The notes under the pieces are model-generated. The model saw only the letters and a program-made list of their open reading frames with translations. It was not told the origin of the DNA and did no database searches. 64,000 bases of DNA, from contig OZ245742.1 of the NCBI GenBank assembly GCA_965227295.1, positions 5,056,001-5,120,000 on the forward strand, given 5' to 3'. The DNA is from Leptonemataceae bacterium (GTDB lineage: Bacteria; Spirochaetota; Leptospiria; Leptospirales; Leptonemataceae). Positions 56,206 through 64,000 of this stretch are shown piece after piece. Numbering within the stretch: position 1 is the first letter of the stretch; each line of letters opens with the position of its first letter. The position numbers and the translations under genes are program-made.

Positions 56206-57708
56206 TTATTCCTGCGACGTTTGCTCCGATTGCGTTGCGTTGTTCTCGCTCCTTTCGACCAGGGCTTCCACCTGCATGCCGTCGCGCAGCAGCGAGAATT
56301 TTTCCACGGCGATCACATCACCCTCTTGCAGACCTTCCGTAACTTCCACTTTTTCATCGCGGCGTTCGCCGGTCTTCACTTCCACACGATACACGCGATT
56401 GTCGCGAATGACGAAGGCCGCCGCCGCGCCGCTGTCGCCGGGTTGCAGGGCTTTTTCCGGAACCATCAATGCAATGCGGTCCTCGCCGGTGACGATCTGT
56501 CCGCGCAAGAACATGCCCGGGCGAAATTTGAGGCCGGGGTTGTCGAGCAACGCGCGGACACCGACGGTGTGCGTCTTCGTATCCACGAGCGGATCGATGA
56601 GTTCGACGACGGCCTTAAACCTTTCGTCGGGGAACGTATCCACGGTGAAGCGAAACTCCATGCCGGGTTGTACATCTTTGGCGCGGGATTCTTTGACGTT
56701 CACCTGGGCGTAGACCTGATCGATGTCCACGAGAACCATGATGGCCTCTTGCGGAGTGGCAACGCTGCCCTGGCGTACTTCTTCGCCGGGGGATTTGTTC
56801 CGCGCGGCCACGATGCCGGTGATGGGCGAGCGGATCGTCGCCTCGTTGAGCAAAGTGTACGTGTTCTGCAATTCGGCCGCGGCGGCGCGCACCCGGGCTT
56901 CCTGAACCCGCACCTCGGCCTTCTGTTCGCGGGTGTTCAGATCCAGGTACATGCGATAACGCGCGTCGTCATTTTGCGGAACGCTGAGTCCGGCCTGCCT
57001 TAAGTCTTTCTCACGGAAACCTACGCTCAGGATTTCCAGATCCCGCTTCGCGCCCAGGTAATCGGCCTCGCGGGAAATCAACGTAACCCGCGCGGTCTCG
57101 TACTCTTCGCGGCTGATGCCGCCGGCGTTGTACAAGGCCTCGCGCCCCTTGAACGAAGAGCGTTCTCGTTCGAGCAGGGCCTTGAGCTCCCGGGCCTGGG
57201 TCCGCTGGCGTTCGATCTGATTCCAGCGGCGCTCAATGTCCCGGCGCGCGTTTTCGTAACGTTCTTTGACGAGGGCGAGCTGCGCTTCTTCGCCGTCCAG
57301 GGCCGCCTTCTGTTGCGCGGCCTGAAGTTCCAGCGGCAAACGTTCGATCTGCACGAGCTTCTGGCCGACCCGCACGGTCTCGCCTTTCTGCGCATAGATC
57401 TCGTCGATGCGGCCGGAGGACTTCGACACCACGTCGATCTTTTCGAAGTATTCAATGACACCCGAGGCTTCGATGGCCGGAGTCATCTCCACGCCCTCGA
57501 CTTCCACGGCCTTTACCTTAACAACGACGCCCTCGACGCTTTCTTCTTCGCCGCCGCCACCGCCTATATAATAGAAGGGAGCGAAGGCCGTGCGCGTAAC
57601 CGCGGATTCCGGCGCCAGCCAGCGTGCGAGAAAAAATGCCAGCACGTAGAGGAGGATCACCGCCGCGACAATGAAGAGCGGGCGTTTGTTCAATTTCAAA
57701 AACCACAT
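56206..57708 (-). CDS. RND periplasmic adaptor (membrane fusion protein) with a long alpha-hairpin
   Basis: N-terminal TM; SGRIDEIYAQKGETVRVGQ; IRSPITGIV; DPLVDTKTHT; FRPGMF; GLQEGD. Confidence 0.92.
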   Translation of the reverse strand: MWFLKLNKRPLFIVAAVILLYVLAFFLARWLAPESAVTRTAFAPFYYIGGGGGEEESVEGVVVKVKAVEVEGVEMTPAIEASGVIEYFEKIDVVSKSSGRIDEIYAQKGETVRVGQKLVQIERLPLELQAAQQKAALDGEEAQLALVKERYENARRDIERRWNQIERQRTQARELKALLERERSSFKGREALYNAGGISREEYETARVTLISREADYLGAKRDLEILSVGFREKDLRQAGLSVPQNDDARYRMYLDLNTREQKAEVRVQEARVRAAAAELQNTYTLLNEATIRSPITGIVAARNKSPGEEVRQGSVATPQEAIMVLVDIDQVYAQVNVKESRAKDVQPGMEFRFTVDTFPDERFKAVVELIDPLVDTKTHTVGVRALLDNPGLKFRPGMFLRGQIVTGEDRIALMVPEKALQPGDSGAAAAFVIRDNRVYRVEVKTGERRDEKVEVTEGLQEGDVIAVEKFSLLRDGMQVEALVERSENNATQSEQTSQE

Positions 57709-57882
57709 ACGAACAACCGTGGCCTCCGAGCATAGCGGGGGCCGGGTGAGTCTTTGTCCTATTATCGGGGGGCCGCAAGGCGAAATCGAGGCGCGAGGCG
57801 AAAGTTTAGAAAATATAGGATGATGGGCGGATCGTCAATTCAGGGTAGGAGGAGATTGCGGCGGCCAACGTGTTCGTGTGAA

Positions 57883-58614
57883 CTACCGAAGCGTTTTTGA
57901 TTCATCGCCGGCATCATCCTGCGCACCATCATCCTGCGCGCCGCCCGTGCCGCGCTGCATGAAATCCGCCTGCTCGCCACGTTCGTCGTTTTCCCAGCGG
58001 CCGGCCCAGATCAAACCGCCGTGGTCGTCCAGCATCACACCGACGCCGTTTCGTTTGCCGTCCTTCCACTGACCAATGTAACGCTTGCCGTCGTCGTAGA
58101 TGTAAATGCCAGCGCCCTCAACGACGATACCGTTTTCGTACGTGCCTTCGAGACGCGTGCCGTCCGTAAGTTCGACGGCACCGTCGCCGTGGGGCTCGCC
58201 CTCGTTCCAGCGACCGGTGTACTTCGTGCCGTCACTCCAGGTATACGAACCGAAGCCGTGCTTTACGTTATGATGAAACTCCCCGGAGTACTTGCCGCCG
58301 CCCGGATACACATAGACGCCGTAGCCGTGTTTTTCGCCCTGCACCCAGGCGCCCTCGTAACGGTCCCCGCGCGGATTGACGAACGTACCGAAACCGTGGC
58401 TCTCTCCGTCCTGAAACTGGCCGGAGTAACGCGTGCCGTTTTCGTAGACCAGAATGCCCGTGCCGTTCTCACAATCGCCCTGAATGCACTCGGACGGCAT
58501 CTCGTAAATGAAACGATAGTACACGAAGAAAGCAGCGAAGAGTACGATCAGCACGGCGGCCAGGCTGCCGAGACCGATGGTAAGATATTTCAACCAGGGG
58601 CGTGAAGCGAACAT
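57883..58614 (-). CDS. Membrane-anchored MORN-repeat protein
   Basis: Likely start MFASRP; one TM; CIQGDCENGTG; MORN repeats. Confidence 0.85.
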   Translation of the reverse strand: MFASRPWLKYLTIGLGSLAAVLIVLFAAFFVYYRFIYEMPSECIQGDCENGTGILVYENGTRYSGQFQDGESHGFGTFVNPRGDRYEGAWVQGEKHGYGVYVYPGGGKYSGEFHHNVKHGFGSYTWSDGTKYTGRWNEGEPHGDGAVELTDGTRLEGTYENGIVVEGAGIYIYDDGKRYIGQWKDGKRNGVGVMLDDHGGLIWAGRWENDERGEQADFMQRGTGGAQDDGAQDDAGDESKTLR

Positions 58615-58717
58615 GAGGACAATGGATTGCACAGGGAAACGTGATGGCAAGCGATGTTCTGCCCGGAACGACGCGGATTCGGTTGACGGGAATAAGCAGC
58701 CGTTGTCTGCTCCGCTC

Positions 58718-59656
58718 ATGGAATGGAAACGCGGTGCTTGTATTCTGATCTCCGGCGGAGTAGCCGTGATTCTGGCTGTGACCGGCCTCTCCGCACAAAC
58801 CGTCGGCGACTACGTCAAAACGAACCGGGACGACATCGTCAACGGAACTCCGATCAAAGAGCCCTACAAGGTCGAAGGCGAGACGGCGGACGAGATCCGG
58901 AAGAGCGAAAAGAAGAACTCGCCCCATCCGGACGGCCACATCGGCAACACCAAATGGAACTTCGTCGACAACGAGATGTTGGGAGCCGGCATCGTCGCCG
59001 AAAAGAAGTGCCATGACGGCAAACATACGGTCATCGTACACTACGAACCGTCCACGGTGGGTCTGCTGATCATCGTGCAGTTGCCGGAATGGACGAAGAT
59101 CAAGGACAGCCCGGCGCGGCTCTGGTGGCCGCGGCACATCCTGGAACTGGAAGTCCACGAAGACGGCCACGTGCAGATCGCGAAAACGGGACACGAGTTC
59201 GCGCACAAAAATCACCTCGTGCTCCGCGGCATGGCGACGGCGGACACGCTGAAAGCCGCGCGACAACAGGCGGTGGAAGAGCTGCGCCGGCAGAAAGATG
59301 AGCTCCTGAACACGTATCTACAACGAACGAAGTCCTACCAGGCCGCGTACGACAAGGCCACCAGACACGGAAAAGCCGCCGCCTTTCAGAACGATCAAAA
59401 GGTAGCGGCGGAACTCGTGGAAAAAATGAAAACCGAGTTCAGTGAAACACTGAAAACCTCCGCTGCCGCCGCGGCGAAGACCCGCAAACGCTTTGCCGGC
59501 CTTCGAGAAGGCAACTGCGAACTGGAACACTCAAAAGAAGACCTCAATCCCGATACCGCCGAAGAAGAAATGCGCGAGAGCAAAGAGCAACCGCGCGAAG
59601 ATGAATCGACACCGTTAGAAGGACAACGAGAGTCGAAATTCAAGCGGGGTCGCTGA
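58718..59656 (+). CDS. Secreted DUF922-like Zn-dependent protease
   Basis: Signal peptide LSA-Q; YKVEG.T..EI, LPEW, VHEDGHVQIA, YDKATRHG. Confidence 0.7.
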   Translation: MEWKRGACILISGGVAVILAVTGLSAQTVGDYVKTNRDDIVNGTPIKEPYKVEGETADEIRKSEKKNSPHPDGHIGNTKWNFVDNEMLGAGIVAEKKCHDGKHTVIVHYEPSTVGLLIIVQLPEWTKIKDSPARLWWPRHILELEVHEDGHVQIAKTGHEFAHKNHLVLRGMATADTLKAARQQAVEELRRQKDELLNTYLQRTKSYQAAYDKATRHGKAAAFQNDQKVAAELVEKMKTEFSETLKTSAAAAAKTRKRFAGLREGNCELEHSKEDLNPDTAEEEMRESKEQPREDESTPLEGQRESKFKRGR

Positions 59657-59669
59657 GGACACCCGCGCC

Positions 59670-60341
59670 TCAATAACCGAAAAAGAACGTGAGATAACAC
59701 ATGCACATGAGGCCGAAGTACGGCAGGATCGCCGTTAAGAAGGCCCGGCCCGCGTTCTGCGCATACCGCGCCCGGTAGCCCTGATACGCCGCGATGTTTT
59801 CCCAGCATAACGCCGAGACACTGAGCACCGCCGCGGCCATCCCGCGCACGATCTGCGCCGTACTGATTTGATCCGCCGGACCGGGGACGAGCGGGTAATA
59901 CAACAACGACACCTGGACCAGGAAACCGGACAACACCAGGGGCAGCACGCTCAACGCCGAGAGCGCGACAACGAGCGGCCAGGCTACGCCCTCTTCTCCA
60001 AACACGCGCAACAACAGATAACGCACGCTACCGAATCCGAAAATCCACAGAAGCCAGTAGAGCGGATACCAGAGATACGCCGTCGGCGCCTGGTTGCGAA
60101 ACGCGAGCGTTACGCCGGGATCCATGTTCGCGCGACGCAACACCGCCTCGCTGAGTTCGCGCAGCATGGCCTGGTTCCACCAGGCGGAGAAAAAGAGAAT
60201 CAACGCGCTGCCCGCGAGCACGACGGTCGTGACGATCACGGCGACACGCAAAACTTCGGCCGGTTCACTTTCGCGCTGAAAAAACCCCGGCAAAAAGACG
60301 GCGCGCAGGATTTGCTGGATCGACACGTCCTGGTTCATCAT
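59670..60341 (-). CDS. Yip1-like multi-pass membrane protein
   Basis: About 5 TM segments; paralog of 30772..31419. Confidence 0.65.
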   Translation of the reverse strand: MMNQDVSIQQILRAVFLPGFFQRESEPAEVLRVAVIVTTVVLAGSALILFFSAWWNQAMLRELSEAVLRRANMDPGVTLAFRNQAPTAYLWYPLYWLLWIFGFGSVRYLLLRVFGEEGVAWPLVVALSALSVLPLVLSGFLVQVSLLYYPLVPGPADQISTAQIVRGMAAAVLSVSALCWENIAAYQGYRARYAQNAGRAFLTAILPYFGLMCMCYLTFFFGY

Positions 60342-60355
60342 GCCGGACCCGATTG

Positions 60356-61048
60356 TTAGTTACGTGAGCCGCGACGCCGGGGCTGCGGGAGGTCCGCATC
60401 GCATGCTTCGAAGAGCGCGCGGTGCGCATACACGGCGACGGAAGTGGCCGGCAGAACGCCGACGACCAGGAGCAACAGGCCGACGATCAACAGCAACGCC
60501 GTGAGCAACAGCACGGCCAGGATCGGCCAGAAACGACCGGCACTCGCGCGCCAGGAATTTTGCATGGCGTCGAAGGGATCCTGCTTCCGCGCAATCACGT
60601 ACCAGGGCGACAACGCCAATCGTACGAGCACGTAAAACGCCGCGGGCAGTGCCAGGACAAAGCAGATTGCTCCGATGATCGTCCGCGGGAACGCGGACAT
60701 CATACCCAGGCCGGGCAGTGCGAACAGGAAGAGGATCACCCCGAACGCGATTTGCAGTACGAGGTACGCGCCCAGACGTCGCCGGCCGCGAAAGCACAGG
60801 CCGGGCCTGCGCTCGTCGCCGTCCGCGAGATGGTAATGCAGGAGGCCGAGCTGCCAGTAGGCGTTGACGACGAACACCAACAGACTCATCAACAGTGCGT
60901 AGAACAGCCCATCCCCAAAATTCGCGATGCCGCGTAAGATGATGTTGCTGATCATTAAGCAGACGAAGTAGATCAACACCGCGACGGCCGACAGGATCGG
61001 CGTGTTGCGGTAGTATGTGTATGCGTTGCGGAAGACTGTGGTGATCAT
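60356..61048 (-). CDS. Integral membrane protein (DUF975/GDPD-anchor-like)
   Basis: Multiple TM segments; RLALSPWYVI...PFDAMQNSWRASAGRFW, GLLLLVVGVL. Confidence 0.7.
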   Translation of the reverse strand: MITTVFRNAYTYYRNTPILSAVAVLIYFVCLMISNIILRGIANFGDGLFYALLMSLLVFVVNAYWQLGLLHYHLADGDERRPGLCFRGRRRLGAYLVLQIAFGVILFLFALPGLGMMSAFPRTIIGAICFVLALPAAFYVLVRLALSPWYVIARKQDPFDAMQNSWRASAGRFWPILAVLLLTALLLIVGLLLLVVGVLPATSVAVYAHRALFEACDADLPQPRRRGSRN

Positions 61049-61890
61049 GGGGCTGTGGGAACGGGAACGTCGGATTCGATGTTCCGTCGTGTTCCGTCAC
61101 TGTCTACCATTATACCGTCGTGGGGTTCGCCGTTCTGAAACGTACCTTCGAAGCGGCGGCCGTCACTGTAGTACAGCGTGCCGGAACCGTGCGGTACCAT
61201 TTCGGAAAATTCGCCGTGATAGTGGTTCGCCGGCACCGACAACGGCGCAGGCGATCGCATGACACCGTAGAGGAGCTCGCCGTCCAGCCACTCGCCGAGA
61301 GCGATCTTACCCGTCGGCCAGATCGCCATCCCGTGTCCGTGCGCTTTGCCGTAGCGAAAGCCGCCGTGGTAATGATAACCATCCGGCCGATCTTCCGTGA
61401 GCAATCCGACATAGCCCGTGCCGTCGAAGGTGTCCCGCTGAAAGTGACCGATGTAAAAACGATCCGCCGCGCGCTGGTACCCCAGGCCGGCGCGCTCGCC
61501 CTGGTTCCACTGCCCCGCATACAACGACGCGCCCGCATCGTAACGCAGGACCCCGAAGCCGTGATACTCATCGCGGCCGAAGTGTCCGGAGTACACGCGG
61601 CCTTCGGCATCGCGCAGGTAACCGTAGCCGTGTTTGTCACCGTCGTCGAACGATCCTTCGTAACGATCGCCGTGCGCGGTAACTTTCGTTCCGAAGCCGT
61701 AGGGCATTCCGTTCTCGAACGTGCCGGCGTAGAGTGATCCGTCCTCGTAGAGATATTCACCGATGCCGTCGATGCAGTTGCCGGTGGTGCACGTTCCGCC
61801 CGGTTGCGGGGTGCAGCCGGCGTTTGTCAGCAGGGCGGTCAGGATGGCGTACGCGGCGGCAAGATGGAGTGATGGGCGGTGGTGGGTCAT
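61045..61890 (-). CDS. MORN-repeat lipoprotein
   Basis: Likely start MTHHRP; lipobox NAGC; CTTGNCIDG; MORN repeats. Confidence 0.85.
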   Translation of the reverse strand: MTHHRPSLHLAAAYAILTALLTNAGCTPQPGGTCTTGNCIDGIGEYLYEDGSLYAGTFENGMPYGFGTKVTAHGDRYEGSFDDGDKHGYGYLRDAEGRVYSGHFGRDEYHGFGVLRYDAGASLYAGQWNQGERAGLGYQRAADRFYIGHFQRDTFDGTGYVGLLTEDRPDGYHYHGGFRYGKAHGHGMAIWPTGKIALGEWLDGELLYGVMRSPAPLSVPANHYHGEFSEMVPHGSGTLYYSDGRRFEGTFQNGEPHDGIMVDSDGTRRNIESDVPVPTAP

Positions 61891-61978
61891 GGACGATGCA
61901 TGATTCCAGGTGGTTCGCCAGCGGATCAATCACGAATCGTGGGGGCTTGCGAATGTTACGGCGAAGGCGGGGCGGAAG

Positions 61979-62974
61979 TCATGGGGAGGCGGAGACGGGA
62001 ACGCCGGATTCGATTTTCATTTGCTCGCCGCCGCTGTCCACGATGATGCCGTCGTGTTGCTCGCCGTTTTGAAACGTACCTTCGAAACGACGACCGTCGG
62101 CGTAGTAGAGGGTACCGGGGCCGGAGAAGACGTCGTCCGCAAAGGAACCCTCGTAGCGCAGGAAGTCCGGGTCGTCGCCGCGGTAGTGCATAACGCCCTG
62201 GCCTTCGAACTTACCGTACACGAACTCGCCGACGTAGCGTCGACCGTCCGCGAATAGATACGTGCCCTTGCCGTGAAACTTGCCTTCTACGATGGGCCCG
62301 ATGTACTTTTCGCCGATCAAACCTTCGAGGCGCTGGTACGAGTGCACGCCGTACACGCGCTCACCTTCTTTGAACTCGCCCATAAACGTATCCCCTTCCG
62401 GCCAGAGTAAGACGCCTTTGCCGTGGAACTTGCCGTTCTTGAATTCGCCGAAGTACTTGTATTGAAACTCTTTACCGGTGCTTTCCACGACACGCTCCGC
62501 GTATCCGTAACCGTTGAGATCGTCGTCGATGTGTTCGGCGATGTACGTGCGGCCGTCGGGTATCGTCAGCACGCCAAGGCCGATGCGATCGTCCTCTTTC
62601 CACTCGCCGGTGTACTGTTGCCCTTTGAACTGCCCGCCGGTGTAGGTGTACGTGCCGTGACCGTCGTAGTGACCGTTGTCGAAGTTGCCGGTGTAGCGGC
62701 CGTTTTCAATTTCGTACGTCCCCTGGCCGTGGCGGCGGTCGTAGAGCCACTGACCTTTGTAGTAGGCGCCGTCTTTATAGCGCATCTCGCCGAAGCCGCT
62801 GCGCTCGCCGTTCAGGAACTGCCCTGTGTAGGTGCCCGTGAGGAGTTTCATCGTGCCGGTGCCGTTCGTGCACTTTCCGGACGTGCAGACGCCGGGGGTG
62901 AGTTCGGGGGCGGGCGTGCAGGTGAGGAGGGTGAGGGTGAGTGCTATGAATGATGGAACAAGGGATTGGCTCAT
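61979..62974 (-). CDS. MORN-repeat lipoprotein
   Basis: Likely start MSQSLV overlapping the upstream stop (ATGA); lipobox LLTC; CTSGKCTNG; MORN repeats. Confidence 0.85.
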   Translation of the reverse strand: MSQSLVPSFIALTLTLLTCTPAPELTPGVCTSGKCTNGTGTMKLLTGTYTGQFLNGERSGFGEMRYKDGAYYKGQWLYDRRHGQGTYEIENGRYTGNFDNGHYDGHGTYTYTGGQFKGQQYTGEWKEDDRIGLGVLTIPDGRTYIAEHIDDDLNGYGYAERVVESTGKEFQYKYFGEFKNGKFHGKGVLLWPEGDTFMGEFKEGERVYGVHSYQRLEGLIGEKYIGPIVEGKFHGKGTYLFADGRRYVGEFVYGKFEGQGVMHYRGDDPDFLRYEGSFADDVFSGPGTLYYADGRRFEGTFQNGEQHDGIIVDSGGEQMKIESGVPVSASP

Positions 62975-63624
62975 AGTTCGATGACTTCTTCGATAATGGA
63001 GGTGTCGAGGCGGGAGGAGTCGATGAGGTAGAAATTCGTCCCCACCGATTCCTGGTCGTTGTTCATGGCGAAGCCGATGACAATCGAGTGCCCGTGCTCG
63101 AATTCTAATTGTACGCCCCCCCAGCGATCCGGGCGGCCAGTGTATTTCTTGATTCGCTGAGTTCGCAGCAATCTTCCATACAGGACTCTCTTCCCGACGC
63201 ACCTCTGGACCACGTCATTCGAAAGATCTGGATGCTCCCGTGTGTCTATGCAAAGATAGTTACCGCGGTCATTACGGAAATCACTTACAAAAGACTGACC
63301 CGCGTCGTGTACAAAGACATCGCCAAATTCACATCCATACGCAAAAGCAAGACCGGAATCATCCGATGCCGTGAGTATAATAATCCCCCCACTTTCGGCA
63401 ATCAGACTACTGACATCAAGACTCTGCCCGTAGAGACTTTGCTTGATGTCACGACTATACTCTATGAGTTCCTCAATAGTCAGATGGCCGCATGCCACAA
63501 AAGGCGCCACACGCACAACGCTTGTCACGACCTTCCCCTTAAATTCACGAATCAAATCAGAGGCACTCGCCGCGTCCCTCCAGTGGGGGCTGGCCAGAGT
63601 GCGATATCTTCGGCTCACGATCAT
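62971..63624 (-). CDS. Putative immunity protein (family shared with 13700 and 41308)
   Basis: ATGA overlap with the upstream kinase-like ORF; FKGKVVTSVVR, LIAESGGIIIL, TREHPDL...CVGKRV. Confidence 0.75.
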   Translation of the reverse strand: MIVSRRYRTLASPHWRDAASASDLIREFKGKVVTSVVRVAPFVACGHLTIEELIEYSRDIKQSLYGQSLDVSSLIAESGGIIILTASDDSGLAFAYGCEFGDVFVHDAGQSFVSDFRNDRGNYLCIDTREHPDLSNDVVQRCVGKRVLYGRLLRTQRIKKYTGRPDRWGGVQLEFEHGHSIVIGFAMNNDQESVGTNFYLIDSSRLDTSIIEEVIEL

Positions 63625-64000
63625 TGGCTATCCTTCAGCGTGATCCCCTGTGCCTCTGCCGCAGCGAGCACCTGCCTGATCATTGAATTTAGCTCTTCTA
63701 AGGACTTCTCCTTTCCCCCAGGTGTTTTAACCAATCCGTCGATATCATCAAGGTAAAAGTCGCCAGTCTTATAGTCAACGATACCTTCAAGATCTTCAAG
63801 ACCACCATGCTTCTCAATGAATAGCTTCAAGTCATCTAGTTGGTTCTTGAGGTTTTGCAGTTGCGTTTCTTTCATCTTGGTTAACAGCGTATGATAAAAC
63901 GTTCCCGCGCTTTCATCGAAGAAGCCCGCATCGCCGATGGCATCGGTGGATACCGCATTGGGAACCTTCTTTTTCAGAAACGCGATACAGTCTCCTGTCG
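63621..64000 (-). CDS. 3' end of a fifth kinase-tipped toxin (5' part outside the window)
   Basis: Frame is open to the window edge: ...CIAFLKKKVP...LKNQLDDLKLFIEKHGGLEDLEGIVDYKTGDFYLDD, aligning with the tips of toxins 2 and 4. Confidence 0.7.
   Translation of the reverse strand, partial: TGDCIAFLKKKVPNAVSTDAIGDAGFFDESAGTFYHTLLTKMKETQLQNLKNQLDDLKLFIEKHGGLEDLEGIVDYKTGDFYLDDIDGLVKTPGGKEKSLEELNSMIRQVLAAAEAQGITLKDSQ

Noticed and set aside
1..64000. Integrase, transposase, reverse transcriptase, tRNA or rRNA genes
   Set aside because: None recognised; no support for a prophage, IS, DGR or retron

Overview
High-GC bacterial window with Leptospirales/Leptospiraceae-like gene content (inferred from TIGR04388-like giant proteins, an AraC/7TM-DISM regulator, and many TPR and MORN lipoproteins). 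Most of it is one large polymorphic-toxin-like locus. It holds four complete giant secreted proteins (1.9-2.6 kaa, two subfamilies, two with Hint domains) and the 3' end of a fifth. Their swappable C-termini are a HExxH peptidase, three related minimal kinase-like domains and one unknown domain. The three kinase-tipped genes are each followed by a member of one shared putative immunity family. Interspersed are a TolC operon, an MFP with two RND subunits (one lacking the proton-relay residues), and paralogous TPR, MORN and Yip1-like genes. In the middle (about 23830-26285) lies a 2.45-kb non-coding tandem array of about 330-bp structured units. Each unit has alternating inverted arms and optional hairpin cassettes, one of which shows compensatory base changes. 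The array is not CRISPR and is the least explained element here. All family assignments come from motif reading only; no searches were run.
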